A stretch of DNA of 64,000 nucleotides, from the IMG/VR virus record IMGVR_UViG_3300009537_004349. One strand, written 5' to 3'. Positions 25,452 to 34,445 of the stretch are shown piece after piece. Positions within the stretch are counted from its first letter, which is position 1, and the number at the start of each line of letters is the position of its first letter. Position numbers and translations under genes: made by a program. Below the pieces are notes generated by a model. That model was not told where the DNA came from and searched no databases. It was given only the letters and a program-made list of their open reading frames with translations. The stretch comes from a virus (lineage: Duplodnaviria; Heunggongvirae; Uroviricota; Caudoviricetes).

Positions 25452-25618
25452 TTGTTTTGTTTTTCCTTTGTTAAAATTTCCCTACTATTTTTAATGTATG
25501 GCTGAAAGAATGCAGGGAAACTTCCTAAATCCATATACTCTAGAGGCATAATGGTACAGTCAGGTCTTAACATAATCCTGTACATTCCCAATACACTTAT
25601 AGAAAACTTCTCATTCAT
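25433..25618 (-). CDS. hypothetical protein
   Basis: 61-aa ORF. Confidence 0.35.
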   Translation of the reverse strand: MNEKFSISVLGMYRIMLRPDCTIMPLEYMDLGSFPAFFQPYIKNSREILTKEKQNKWQQVQ

Positions 25619-25619
25619 A

Positions 25620-26018
25620 TTACAATTTCGTTTCTAGACTTTCATCATATGGAAAGTTGCGGTCGTTATCATCTCTAAACAACTGACATGCCGAGCCTTG
25701 TCCAATGAGAAGTCTCCAGATAAACTTAGTTCCTCCTAAGTTAAAGTATGCCAGATACTCAGGAAAAATATCAGCCTTTCCTGCCTTAATTCTATTGCCC
25801 GCCTGTTGTTCTAGGTATCTAAACACATCAGAATAATCTCGGCGACTAAAGGGATAGTCCTTCTCGTTGTAGGCAATATTCTCATCGTCTAGATAATCTA
25901 CATTGCTAAGATGGTCAACTATCTGAGCTAACTTATCTCGCCCATTCTCTAGCCGCTTCTCTTCCTCAGCAAAATGATTCCTTACTGATTCTCTAAACGC
26001 CTCTTTGTCTAGTTCCAT
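25620..26018 (-). CDS. hypothetical protein
   Basis: 132-aa ORF. Confidence 0.5.
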   Translation of the reverse strand: MELDKEAFRESVRNHFAEEEKRLENGRDKLAQIVDHLSNVDYLDDENIAYNEKDYPFSRRDYSDVFRYLEQQAGNRIKAGKADIFPEYLAYFNLGGTKFIWRLLIGQGSACQLFRDDNDRNFPYDESLETKL

Positions 26019-26031
26019 TTCGTTTCCTCGC

Positions 26032-26106
26032 TGGAGCCTGGAATGGGGTTCGAACCCATGACTTCCTCCTTACCAAGGAGGTACTCTACCACTGAGTTAC
26101 CCAGGC
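26032..26106 (-). tRNA. tRNA-Thr (anticodon GGU)
   Basis: GCCTGGG acceptor, anticodon arm CCTCC-TTGGTAA-GGAGG, GGTTCGAACCCC, CCA. Confidence 0.7.
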
Positions 26107-26107
26107 G

Positions 26108-26572
26108 CTAATAACTTTTATCGTTAGATTCACGTGTACATTGCCAATCGTAACAGTATGACTTGCCATTGATATTTATTGTCGACTCGTTTCTATTACA
26201 TACACAGCACAAGTTTCTATGAGTTTCGCATGTGTAAAACCCATAGTCAGCATCAGCTCCACACCATGCCCAGCGACATTTGTCTCTTCCGTTAGATGAC
26301 TCGAACATCTTTTGGATACGAGCTAATCCTTCATCTGGAACACCGCGCTTGAGTACGCCACGCTCTTTGATGTCCATGCGCCAGCCTAACTTCTTTGACC
26401 AATACTTACCAAAAAAGAAAAGCATAAACCTGTCTTTTAGCTTTGGCTTCTTATTCTTATGGGCGAATGGATCAGCTGGCCATATACTTAAGCCTGACTG
26501 TTTAAACCTATAGTTCTTGTTTTTCAGGTAGAGATAATACAGGAAGCCAATGGTCTTATCAAATTTTTCCAT
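26108..26572 (-). CDS. hypothetical Cys-rich protein
   Basis: 154 aa; C-terminal CRWAWCG...C..H..LCCVCN...C..C cluster. Confidence 0.5.
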   Translation of the reverse strand: MEKFDKTIGFLYYLYLKNKNYRFKQSGLSIWPADPFAHKNKKPKLKDRFMLFFFGKYWSKKLGWRMDIKERGVLKRGVPDEGLARIQKMFESSNGRDKCRWAWCGADADYGFYTCETHRNLCCVCNRNESTININGKSYCYDWQCTRESNDKSY

Positions 26573-26795
26573 AGTATTCCTGATACAAAGTGTTGTTCTT
26601 AGAGAAGCTCTCAGTAATCACCCAGTCATAGTTCTCATCCTTGGTAACTTTTGTGAATCTCTCTGTCACAAAGACACGCTCTAGCCACACCCAGAACTTA
26701 TCATCTGTTCTGCGGGGAGTCCAACAAAACTTAAACCTGCGTCTGATGTCTCCTGGCTTATGCTTCAGTTTCTTCGGTTTCAGTCTCAGCTTCAT
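26559..26795 (-). CDS. hypothetical basic protein (start at Met26)
   Basis: N-terminal 25 codons of the track ORF overlap a better ORF in another frame; ATG at 26793-26795. Confidence 0.35.
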   Translation of the reverse strand: MKLRLKPKKLKHKPGDIRRRFKFCWTPRRTDDKFWVWLERVFVTERFTKVTKDENYDWVITESFSKNNTLYQEYYGKI

Positions 26796-26976
26796 TTGTA
26801 AACCGTGCCACTTCCCAATCAAACTGGGGAAACTCCATGCCATGTGCCCAGCCCATAACAGCCTGTCCATTGGCTGCGTCTAACCACTTCTGAGCCTGTT
26901 CGCCAGTCAATCGCTGAACAGTACCATCATCGAACTCCATCTCAATCCTAACTGCCTTCTTCTCGTCTGACATCAT
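26758..26976 (-). CDS. hypothetical acidic protein
   Basis: 72-aa ORF. Confidence 0.45.
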   Translation of the reverse strand: MMSDEKKAVRIEMEFDDGTVQRLTGEQAQKWLDAANGQAVMGWAHGMEFPQFDWEVARFTNEAETETEETEA

Positions 26977-27362
26977 AGCTCCTTAGCTTTCTGCTGAAAC
27001 CTATCGTAATGTTCTTTGTATTCCTGCCTAAGCTTTTCTGTTTGCCTCTTAGATAGTCCGCCACGATTAATCATGAACTCACGGCGTCTCTGTTTAAGAA
27101 TGCCTGTTATAGTAGACTGTAGATGCTCAGCAATAGGGGTGGGTAACTCCATACCTCTTGCTCGTGCCCTTATATCTTTGTTGAGCATAATCCAAATGTG
27201 CTCATACATTCTACGATTAGGGCTGCCATAGAGAAAGTCTAAGGTTTCATGCAGCTCAGCAATAAGACACCCTATCTTACGTTTGTATCTTTCATTCTCA
27301 GGCTGTGAAAGCATATGTTGTAACACTAACCCTGCACTACTAACACCATAAGATGCAAACAT
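26973..27362 (-). CDS. hypothetical protein
   Basis: 129-aa ORF. Confidence 0.5.
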   Translation of the reverse strand: MFASYGVSSAGLVLQHMLSQPENERYKRKIGCLIAELHETLDFLYGSPNRRMYEHIWIMLNKDIRARARGMELPTPIAEHLQSTITGILKQRRREFMINRGGLSKRQTEKLRQEYKEHYDRFQQKAKEL

Positions 27363-27607
27363 TACTTCTCTCCAGAAGTATCAATCTCTGAGAAATCCCC
27401 TAGTGCATCATTCACCATAGACCTCAAACGCTGCGCATGAGACCTACATAAATAGATATCAACTCTACCGCCAGCATCTTCTGCTACCAAATGAAAGGCG
27501 TAGTCACCAGATGGTATCTTTTTACGACGCAGAGAACCGTGCTCATTGACTCTTGGGCACATTCTGCATCTTGATTTACCTGTAGCTGTTTCTACTTCAA
27601 ACTTCAT
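27362..27607 (-). CDS. hypothetical protein (start at Met19 after the tRNA)
   Basis: ATG at 27605-27607; upstream part of the track ORF is tRNA-Gly. Confidence 0.45.
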   Translation of the reverse strand: MKFEVETATGKSRCRMCPRVNEHGSLRRKKIPSGDYAFHLVAEDAGGRVDIYLCRSHAQRLRSMVNDALGDFSEIDTSGEK

Positions 27608-27616
27608 ATTAACCCT

Positions 27617-27692
27617 TGGAGCGCGTGCACGGGTTCGAACCGAGGACCTCCACCATGGCAAGGTGGCGCTCTACCAGCTGAGCTACACGCGC
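27617..27692 (-). tRNA. tRNA-Gly (anticodon GCC)
   Basis: GCGCGTG acceptor, TAGCTCAGCTGG D-arm, anticodon arm CCACC-TTGCCAT-GGTGG, GGTTCGAACCC, CCA. Confidence 0.75.
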
Positions 27693-27754
27693 TATTCCAT
27701 TATGTACTTCGATATAGCATGTTGCAAGCATACGCTATCGGTTTTATTTTGCAT

Positions 27755-28312
27755 CTATTTAATATCGTTCTTTTGAAACAACCTTATTCTTACATTAAAT
27801 TCTTCCCACATGCGCTTAATCATTGCTACCTCTATACCCTGCGGACTATTGATAGAGGCTCTAATTGCACCTGAATCGCTCTGATCATGAAACATATAAA
27901 ATACGTAATCAAAATCACCGCTAGCGGTGTGCATTATAGACTGGCCTATGCCTTGTTTGATAACACTACCATTTGGGCTTTGCTTATACTCTATTGCCAT
28001 CTTGTATGGCTCATCAATGATAAAGTCAGGGTAGTTTCTCGCACCAAAGACTGGTCGTTTAGGTTCACCATATTTGCCCTCTTGCCCTTCCCAGTAGAAA
28101 GACTTGTGTGCCTTTTTAATAGGATCTTTAAGCCCCTGATCTCTAAAATAAAACTCAAGATAACTAATGATGATGGGACGTAATTCTGCCTGCACCTGAG
28201 CCTCAGATTTAGTAGTGGTCTTTATTCTAAATTGAGGATGACTAATAATAAAGTCATACATTCTATCCATAAATTGAATAACATTATTGGTTTTCTTTTT
28301 TAACTTAATCAT
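27755..28312 (-). CDS. PD-(D/E)xK nuclease-family protein
   Basis: YPDFIIDEPYKMAIEYKQ fits a PD...(D/E)xK core. Confidence 0.45.
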   Translation of the reverse strand: MIKLKKKTNNVIQFMDRMYDFIISHPQFRIKTTTKSEAQVQAELRPIIISYLEFYFRDQGLKDPIKKAHKSFYWEGQEGKYGEPKRPVFGARNYPDFIIDEPYKMAIEYKQSPNGSVIKQGIGQSIMHTASGDFDYVFYMFHDQSDSGAIRASINSPQGIEVAMIKRMWEEFNVRIRLFQKNDIK

Positions 28313-28426
28313 CGCTTTCTCTACTCTCTATTCCACTGTCCCTTTCTACATGAATAGCAGAAACGATACTCGTGCTTTCCGCCAAATATTCTGTCGTACT
28401 GGTCAGCCCAATATGACACATGCCAT

Positions 28427-28762
28427 TCAGTCCACTTGTGTAGACCCAGAAGACACAGCATTTTCTTTCTCGTCCCAATACTTTTCGCGAGCCTCTAGAA
28501 ATCTATCTATAAATGCTCGATACTCTTTAGCTGTCTCTGGTCTCCAAAGGAACTCATCAAAGTCTCCAAACCTAGAACGAAACCCAAAGGCATACTTAAC
28601 AGCTTGCCACAATCTACGAAGGAAGGTTTTCTGGCGAAGATGAATCTCAACATACATTTCTTCTGGCTCATCCTTAAAGTAGGACACCCGTAGAATGTGG
28701 TCCATGTCTCCACAGTCACATTCAAAATACTCTGTATCTGTCAAGTCTTCTCGCCAGCTCAT
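28427..28762 (-). CDS. hypothetical protein
   Basis: 111-aa ORF. Confidence 0.5.
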   Translation of the reverse strand: MSWREDLTDTEYFECDCGDMDHILRVSYFKDEPEEMYVEIHLRQKTFLRRLWQAVKYAFGFRSRFGDFDEFLWRPETAKEYRAFIDRFLEAREKYWDEKENAVSSGSTQVD

Positions 28763-28763
28763 A

Positions 28764-29702
28764 TCAACCTCCTGATGGTGAGCAACAATCCTCTTCCATT
28801 GGCTCAGCTTTGGTTTCAGCCATCTTTTCAGCCAGCTTATGAGCCAGTCTCAAGGTGCTGAGCTTATTGTTGCCATTGCCAAGCAGCAAATCTTCCTGCT
28901 CCATGCGTCGAATCTTGGCGATAGCATCATCCAACGATACCTCAAGCACCAACACGCTGATGATAAGGTCCTTCAGGTGGTCGATGGTAAGACCCTCAGT
29001 CTTATCCACCCATTCTTGCAGGTTAACATTGTCATCCCGGTGAACCTTAGCATGGATGAATGCCTTACGAAGAGATGGTCCCGGAGGCCCAATCTCAATA
29101 ACATCTGCGAATCGAGAGGGGCGATTACGAATTCTTGGCGGAATTTGCTCCAGGTAGTTGGTCGTTGCCAAGAAAAATGCATTGTCTACCTGGTCAACAC
29201 CATCCAATAGGTCAAGCAGGTCTCCTTCACACTTATCTACCCATCGCTCAAACTCTTCCCAAACAACCATAACGGGTCGGTCGGTCTTTTCAATCTCTCG
29301 AACATAGTCTACGATATAGCAGACCAAGGCAGGCTCAGGGTTAATCAAAACCACCATATCCTTCTTTACTGCTTGTCGCATAAGAAGATGAACGATAGAA
29401 GTCTTACCAGTGCCAGGAATACCGTGCATCAAGAGTCCACGCTTGTATAGCAGGTCATATCGCTCGAAACGCTTACGGACATCCTCTGATAAAAAGTAGT
29501 CTACTTCCTTGTTGATTTTCTCAGCAGGACTACCTGGCAAAGCAATAAGTTTGTCAGTGTGAGTCTCGAAAGGATTCAGATAGATATTGCCAAACTGGTC
29601 TTGTGAGGCACTGTAGGTTCCAGCGGGTAGCTTCTGTAGCTTATTAACAGGACCAGAGAACCGAATGGCACCATCTTCCTGTTGTAGATATTGCGTAATC
29701 AT
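28764..29702 (-). CDS. AAA+ ATPase
   Basis: Walker A HGIPGTGKTS; Walker B hhhhWEEFE; arginine-finger-like region downstream. Confidence 0.65.
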   Translation of the reverse strand: MITQYLQQEDGAIRFSGPVNKLQKLPAGTYSASQDQFGNIYLNPFETHTDKLIALPGSPAEKINKEVDYFLSEDVRKRFERYDLLYKRGLLMHGIPGTGKTSIVHLLMRQAVKKDMVVLINPEPALVCYIVDYVREIEKTDRPVMVVWEEFERWVDKCEGDLLDLLDGVDQVDNAFFLATTNYLEQIPPRIRNRPSRFADVIEIGPPGPSLRKAFIHAKVHRDDNVNLQEWVDKTEGLTIDHLKDLIISVLVLEVSLDDAIAKIRRMEQEDLLLGNGNNKLSTLRLAHKLAEKMAETKAEPMEEDCCSPSGG

Positions 29703-30025
29703 TAAAGTCTTTCCTCGATGCCATCATTTAGAAGGCGGTCTAATTTATCTTGTTTAGTAAGTTTCTTCGGCTTTGGTCGTTGTTCCCAGGCATACTCTAT
29801 GTGACTCACCCAGCTCTGAATATGATTTGTATTAAGGTCAATCATAGCCATAGGGAATATGATACCTGTTAGTCCTGCTGTGACAAAACAAAATACAGCA
29901 TATGGGACTACCTGGTATTGCAACAGGATAGTCCCGGCCAGCGCCAAGGCAAGAACCCAGGCATATACCATAAGAAGTACCATCCCTTTGGTCAGGAACT
30001 TCATCATCCAGATTATATGTCTCAT
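29702..30025 (-). CDS. hypothetical membrane protein
   Basis: 107 aa with three hydrophobic helices. Confidence 0.5.
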   Translation of the reverse strand: MRHIIWMMKFLTKGMVLLMVYAWVLALALAGTILLQYQVVPYAVFCFVTAGLTGIIFPMAMIDLNTNHIQSWVSHIEYAWEQRPKPKKLTKQDKLDRLLNDGIEERL

Positions 30026-30044
30026 TGTTCTTTTCTTTTTCGAT

Positions 30045-30120
30045 GGTGGAGCCTACCGGGCTCGAACCGGTAACCTTCTGCGTGCAAGGCAGATGCTCTC
30101 CCAAATTGAGCTAAGGCCCC
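30045..30120 (-). tRNA. tRNA-Ala (anticodon UGC)
   Basis: GGGGCCT acceptor, anticodon arm TCTGC-CTTGCAC-GCAGA, GGTTCGAGCCC, CCA. Confidence 0.7.
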
Positions 30121-30158
30121 ATCTTAATTATACTACTAATTATTAGCGTGTCAAGCTT

Positions 30159-30335
30159 TTATGGCATAAATAACACACAGGCGTCATGCCAATTACCAGT
30201 CCGATGCCCAATCTCATACTCGTCATACTTGATTCTAACATATCCTTTGGGCATATTAGGGTATGGATGATTAGAGAGTTTGTTCTTTTTTCTCAGAGCC
30301 GCAACGTATAGCTTCCTAATATCCCCGTGAATCAT
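30159..30335 (-). CDS. small hypothetical protein (58 aa), paralog of the next gene
   Basis: Own translation MIHGDIRKLYVAALRKKNKLSNHPYPNMPKGYVRIKYDEYEIGHRTGNWHDACVLFMP; shares HPYPNMPKGYVRIK with 30332..30550; ATGA overlap with the upstream stop. Confidence 0.4.
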   Translation of the reverse strand: MIHGDIRKLYVAALRKKNKLSNHPYPNMPKGYVRIKYDEYEIGHRTGNWHDACVLFMP

Positions 30336-30550
30336 CTTGAAGCCACAGGAAAAAGAAGGAGGTTTGAAGGGTCATCCGAATAGATTAACTCATTATCCCA
30401 TGAAATACGACCCTTATGTTTTATCCTAACATACTCTTTGGGCATATTAGGATACGGCTCGCTCATCTCTATGTATTTACCATCCAGGGCACTAATATAC
30501 ACCCTTATTATTTTTTCGTCAACTCTGATTTGACTTACTGACATCTTCAA
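30332..30550 (-). CDS. small hypothetical protein (72 aa), paralog of 30159..30335
   Basis: Contains EPYPNMPKEYVRIKHKGRISW. Confidence 0.45.
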   Translation of the reverse strand: MKMSVSQIRVDEKIIRVYISALDGKYIEMSEPYPNMPKEYVRIKHKGRISWDNELIYSDDPSNLLLFPVASR

Positions 30551-30800
30551 GTCTTTCTATATATTCGATTGGACTAACACCAGGCTCAAGCTCCACGATG
30601 TTAACGAAGCCATTCTCTTCCGTAATGATTGACTCTTTAGGCTTCACAGCACCAGGATACTTAGGCTTAACCTTTTCTAAACCAGAGCCAGGGATTTGAT
30701 TCCCCCAATCACCATCTGTCTTGCCGCCCTTTTGAATAGGCTCTACACAATAGAGCTTGCCTGATTTAGAACGTATGTAAAATCTGCCTGTCTCGCTCAT
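30519..30800 (-). CDS. hypothetical protein
   Basis: 93-aa ORF. Confidence 0.45.
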   Translation of the reverse strand: MSETGRFYIRSKSGKLYCVEPIQKGGKTDGDWGNQIPGSGLEKVKPKYPGAVKPKESIITEENGFVNIVELEPGVSPIEYIERLEDVSKSNQS

Positions 30801-31369
30801 TTCTTGTTCCTATACTCGTTCCATATCTCCAAGTCAAACTCGGAGACGCTCTTGCCAGCTTTATCAGCCTCCAGCAAGAACCATTGCTCGATTTGTTTAT
30901 ACTTCTTTCCGGTTGGTGTAGACTTAGGAACATTATACCCTTTGTCTCTCAGAAAGTTAAGTGCATGTCTATCTAACCCAGCTAGTCTTTGGTTAGGTCG
31001 GCTGTGAATAAGAAAGCATCGTGCTGTCTTTGGTCCGATGCCATGAATAGCTTCTAGGTCATCTACTGTACATGTTCTAAGATTAATGCCGGAGTCGACT
31101 AAATGTTGAAATGATTTAGCCTTAGAGCTATAGCAACCGATTCCTGCGTATTTCAACCAAGCAGGAAGTTTATCATAAAATCTTCTCAGCATCAGAAAAG
31201 GCTGCCGTTCTTGTGGAGGATAATCTTCCTCCATACTACCCAGCAATCTCTCTAAACAAGTTGCCGCCGTTACTCCGTTCTTGCCAGCCGCACATACCCA
31301 GAACAGAATGTGCTCTTCAAGCTCGTAGTCGGTGAGATTATAGTTGGTTATGTTCGTCGGGTCTAGCAT
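30797..31369 (-). CDS. HhH-GPD superfamily base-excision DNA glycosylase-like protein
   Basis: LEAIHGIGPKTARCFLIHS helix-hairpin-helix plus Gly/Pro-rich loop. Confidence 0.55.
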   Translation of the reverse strand: MLDPTNITNYNLTDYELEEHILFWVCAAGKNGVTAATCLERLLGSMEEDYPPQERQPFLMLRRFYDKLPAWLKYAGIGCYSSKAKSFQHLVDSGINLRTCTVDDLEAIHGIGPKTARCFLIHSRPNQRLAGLDRHALNFLRDKGYNVPKSTPTGKKYKQIEQWFLLEADKAGKSVSEFDLEIWNEYRNKK

Positions 31370-31544
31370 GAATAGGCTCTAAGTACAGGATGCACACCTC
31401 ATGTTCTTGAGAAGTGGGCTTGCTGTTTTTGTATATGGGAAGCCACCTATATATACTGCGTCCTCCTCCATCTTCTTCGTGACTAGAGAGACGTGGGCCA
31501 TTAACTAATGCCTGCAAGTATAGATGGTATATTTCTCCCGTCAT
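31338..31544 (-). CDS. hypothetical protein
   Basis: 68-aa ORF. Confidence 0.35.
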   Translation of the reverse strand: MTGEIYHLYLQALVNGPRLSSHEEDGGGRSIYRWLPIYKNSKPTSQEHEVCILYLEPIHARPDEHNQL

Positions 31545-31843
31545 TTAGGACTCTCAATCTTAACTGCCTTACCATATATCGTTCGTGTCCAGCCATTAAT
31601 ACCACCACGATTGTTACCAATAAGAAACTTTGTACCGTGAATAGCTTTGACTAGATGAAGGTACACATTGCCCTTGACCTTGCAAAGAACTATATCTCCA
31701 ACCCCTACATCTTCAGGCTGAATAGGGTCAACGGTTACAGTAGAGCCGCTCTCTACCTTGCCCTTCATAGAGTTTCCGTGTGGCTTAATGACAGTAGTAA
31801 GTCCAGCCTCTAAATCTTTGATAGCTCTATTTGCCCAGCCCAT
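31541..31843 (-). CDS. S24-family (LexA/UmuD-like) peptidase domain protein
   Basis: PHGNSMKG...VTVDP...GDIVLCKV...YLHLVKA resembles the Ser-Lys dyad region of S24 peptidases; no N-terminal HTH. Confidence 0.5.
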   Translation of the reverse strand: MGWANRAIKDLEAGLTTVIKPHGNSMKGKVESGSTVTVDPIQPEDVGVGDIVLCKVKGNVYLHLVKAIHGTKFLIGNNRGGINGWTRTIYGKAVKIESPK

Positions 31844-32291
31844 TTAGTGTTGCCTTTACTTCCTTAGGATACCCACTCTTTACCATCTTCTGAATGCCTT
31901 TGTGTATCAACTGCACTCTGCCTGGCATATCTTTCATCCTGGCATTGATATAGGAGGCGTAAGTCGGATACTTATTAACCACACCCTTCCACTTTTCTCC
32001 TACACCTTCATCAGAGATAGTGCCATTGTATAGCAAGGCAAACTCATTGTGCAGAATGCATTGTACCCACCAGCACCAATCTGAACCGCCATTTCTCCAC
32101 TCTAGTTTATGTACATTCTCCACCCAAAAAGGAACCGAGAATGGATACTCGAAACCTACAGTGAAGTAATCTCCTTCACGAGTGTACGGAAGCTTATTTC
32201 CAAACCTCTTGAGCAGAATTTCTTTTAAGTCCTGCTCAACCCTGTCAGCCTTGAGCCATTTCTTGGTGGTTACAAAACTATGATTCGCCAT
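31827..32291 (-). CDS. hypothetical protein
   Basis: 154-aa ORF. Confidence 0.5.
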   Translation of the reverse strand: MANHSFVTTKKWLKADRVEQDLKEILLKRFGNKLPYTREGDYFTVGFEYPFSVPFWVENVHKLEWRNGGSDWCWWVQCILHNEFALLYNGTISDEGVGEKWKGVVNKYPTYASYINARMKDMPGRVQLIHKGIQKMVKSGYPKEVKATLNGLGK

Positions 32292-32628
32292 TGCTTAGTA
32301 TTCTCTTGTATAGTTCTTCAATGTAGTATTCATTCTCTTCTTCAGCCTTCTCCCAGTAGGTAGGAATATCATCGTAATCCTCACCTTTTATCCACGGAAC
32401 TATATAACTAAGATACATTGGGTGTTCCCATGGAATAGGAGTATTGGCAAACATAAAACAACCATGCCTGTTTGTATGTTTAGAATCTATCTTTCTAACA
32501 CCTTTGTTATTTTCATATAGATAGTAGTAGATAGTATCCTCTGCATTATCTTTGTTTGCCCAAGTAATGGTGGCCTCAACTGTTTTCACCAGCTTCCATT
32601 TAATCTCTTTTTTCTTAAAAGGCCACAT
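32278..32628 (-). CDS. hypothetical protein, paralog of 32628..33008
   Basis: Shared IVPWIKGEDYDDIPTYWEK / IYPWLKGMHFADIPSYWDV C-terminal blocks. Confidence 0.5.
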   Translation of the reverse strand: MWPFKKKEIKWKLVKTVEATITWANKDNAEDTIYYYLYENNKGVRKIDSKHTNRHGCFMFANTPIPWEHPMYLSYIVPWIKGEDYDDIPTYWEKAEEENEYYIEELYKRILSNGES

Positions 32629-33008
32629 TATTTTCGTCCCTTAAGCAATCTTGTGTACATGTGATTTATGTATTTCTCATTGTCTTTTGCTCTCACGTCC
32701 CAATAAGACGGAATATCAGCGAAATGCATTCCTTTCAGCCAAGGATATATTTTTTCGGTATAGTTGTATACACCATCGTAGTTGTTGTTTGCACGAGATA
32801 TACTATGTTTGGACTCTATTCTTCTTTCTTCGTCTGGAGCCTCATACAAATAGAAGCTTAACCTACCCTCTTCTTCATCAAGTGTACCTTTGCCCACTAC
32901 CACATCAATGTGCATTGTAGCAACCAGAACCCAATCTTTCTTGGGTTTTAGCCAATCAAACCATCCCATATCTTCCTCACTTATCTGTAGACTTGTACAA
33001 TGTGGCAA
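32628..33008 (-). CDS. hypothetical protein, paralog of 32278..32628
   Basis: See paralog; 126 aa. Confidence 0.5.
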   Translation of the reverse strand: MPHCTSLQISEEDMGWFDWLKPKKDWVLVATMHIDVVVGKGTLDEEEGRLSFYLYEAPDEERRIESKHSISRANNNYDGVYNYTEKIYPWLKGMHFADIPSYWDVRAKDNEKYINHMYTRLLKGRK

Positions 33009-33369
33009 AGGCTACCTGAAACCCTTCGTTTAACTCATCCTTATATTGATTTAGATGGCTGGCTTCTTGCGGGCCTCTGAGATGAAAGGCACACACAGTA
33101 TCGAGCAGATGTCCGGGGATTTGTGAAAGAACTTCTCCAACAGATGGCTTGAACATTCCGTAGTAACCATAAGTGTGGAGCGTCTTAATAGTAGTGACGG
33201 GCTCTAAGCACTCTGCTTTATTGGTTGGCTTAGGGTCCCAGGTGTATGCGATGGAAGTCAAAGAATCCGGACGCTTTATATAGTATAGCCCCCCATCTTT
33301 AAGAATAAGGGGCTTAATCTTTTCGTATCGGCTCTCTAACTCTTCTCTTGAGATTTCAGGAATCTTCAT
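32977..33369 (-). CDS. hypothetical protein
   Basis: 130-aa ORF. Confidence 0.5.
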   Translation of the reverse strand: MKIPEISREELESRYEKIKPLILKDGGLYYIKRPDSLTSIAYTWDPKPTNKAECLEPVTTIKTLHTYGYYGMFKPSVGEVLSQIPGHLLDTVCAFHLRGPQEASHLNQYKDELNEGFQVAFATLYKSTDK

Positions 33370-33601
33370 TTGGCACCAAACAGGCTACGGTAACCTGCTC
33401 TTTTTTGTATTCTACTTTTTCTTTTCCAGTTACAGTGATAATACTTCTCTTGCGAGAAATAGTACTTTCATGCTTTCCTTTTACGGGATACTTTCGCTCT
33501 TGCAGTATCTTTACGAAGTTTCGATTAGGAAGATTCTTTGATAATATTCTGTTGCCTTGACTCAGGACCACATCATATATCTTTCTAATTCTATAATCCA
33601 T
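33356..33601 (-). CDS. hypothetical basic protein (start at Met47 after the tRNA-like element)
   Basis: ATG at 33599-33601. Confidence 0.4.
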   Translation of the reverse strand: MDYRIRKIYDVVLSQGNRILSKNLPNRNFVKILQERKYPVKGKHESTISRKRSIITVTGKEKVEYKKEQVTVACLVPNEDS

Positions 33602-33617
33602 CCAATGCCTCTTTCGT

Positions 33618-33709
33618 TGGCGGATAGTGAGGGAGTCGAACCCACCGACGCTTTTAGACGCCAACCGCATTCCAAACGGCCCCAGAACACCTGACTGGTT
33701 GCCTATCCT
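33618..33709 (-). tRNA. atypical long tRNA-like gene (possible type II, anticodon GGA Ser?)
   Basis: Canonical 3' half (GGTGGGTTCGACTCCCTC T-arm, ACTATCC acceptor, G, CCA); irregular 5' half (GGATAGG acceptor with 1 mismatch, CCAG/CTGG D-stem, no clean variable stem). Confidence 0.4.
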
Positions 33710-33912
33710 TGTGGTCTTAGATAACCTATTAGTTCCCACGCCTCCGTTATATCATCATCTTGAGAAGGGTCGTCGGGAAATAAAGCGGACATTACGGTGA
33801 CTGTATATATCTTAACATAGCCATCCAGTGTACGCTCTGTCACAATATCTTTACCAGACTTCAATGCTTCTGCGTAAACTTCCTTTAGGGCATCAAAGCC
33901 ATACTTGTTCAT
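33703..33912 (-). CDS. hypothetical protein
   Basis: 69-aa ORF. Confidence 0.45.
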   Translation of the reverse strand: MNKYGFDALKEVYAEALKSGKDIVTERTLDGYVKIYTVTVMSALFPDDPSQDDDITEAWELIGYLRPQG

Positions 33913-33924
33913 TTCTTTTCTCGT

Positions 33925-34016
33925 TGGCGGAGAGCAGAGGACCCGACCCCCAGACTAATTAAAGCCACCGAGTTTTCAAGGCTCGTCGCCGCTCCAATGC
34001 AGCTGCTTTACTCTCC
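33925..34016 (-). tRNA. atypical long tRNA-like gene (possible tRNA-Ser, anticodon UGA)
   Basis: GGAGAGT/GCTCTCC acceptor pairing, CCA encoded, loop CTTGAAA; T-loop region GGGGGTCGGGTCCTC deviates from TTCGAAT consensus. Confidence 0.35.
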
Positions 34017-34149
34017 AGTTTTCTCTTTTTCGTTTGGATAAAGAGTTACCCCTGTTCGTTCCCATCTAGACTTACCAGACACCACAGGCCATAGCTTAAG
34101 TGTGAGAACGTATCTACCTGAAGGCTTGAAGTTCTTTTTGTTAGTAATT

Positions 34150-34443
34150 CTATAGTTTACATCTACCACGTTCGCCTTCACAATGCGACGGTCTACCCAG
34201 TTCTTCTTCCAGTATTTCATCTTCTTCAACATCACTTTGTAAAGAAGAGTCATGTTGAATATCTGTCGCTCCTCGGCGTCCATCCTGATGTTCCTTTATT
34301 ATTTGTCGAATGTGTTTGCAGCAACAGCTACATCCTGTTCCTGCTCCTAGATATTCTCCTATCTCTTTGCATGTAGTATATCCGTCATCAACTGCCTGTC
34401 TTATTTGTTTATCAGTTGTAGGTATACACAAACACACATACAT
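34150..34443 (-). CDS. bfd: bacterioferritin-associated ferredoxin (Bfd)-like [2Fe-2S] protein with acidic C-terminal extension
   Basis: MYVCLCIPTTDKQIRQAV...GTGCSCCCKHIRQII closely parallels E. coli Bfd MYVCLCNGISDKKIRQAV...CGKC. Confidence 0.6.
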   Translation of the reverse strand: MYVCLCIPTTDKQIRQAVDDGYTTCKEIGEYLGAGTGCSCCCKHIRQIIKEHQDGRRGATDIQHDSSLQSDVEEDEILEEELGRPSHCEGERGRCKL

Positions 34444-34445
34444 AT

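Noticed and set aside
34008-34283. ORF 34008..34283 (91 aa)
   Set aside because: Overlaps the Bfd-like gene by 134 bp in another frame; its 5' end also overlaps the tRNA-like element. Could be real from an internal start but there is no supporting signal.
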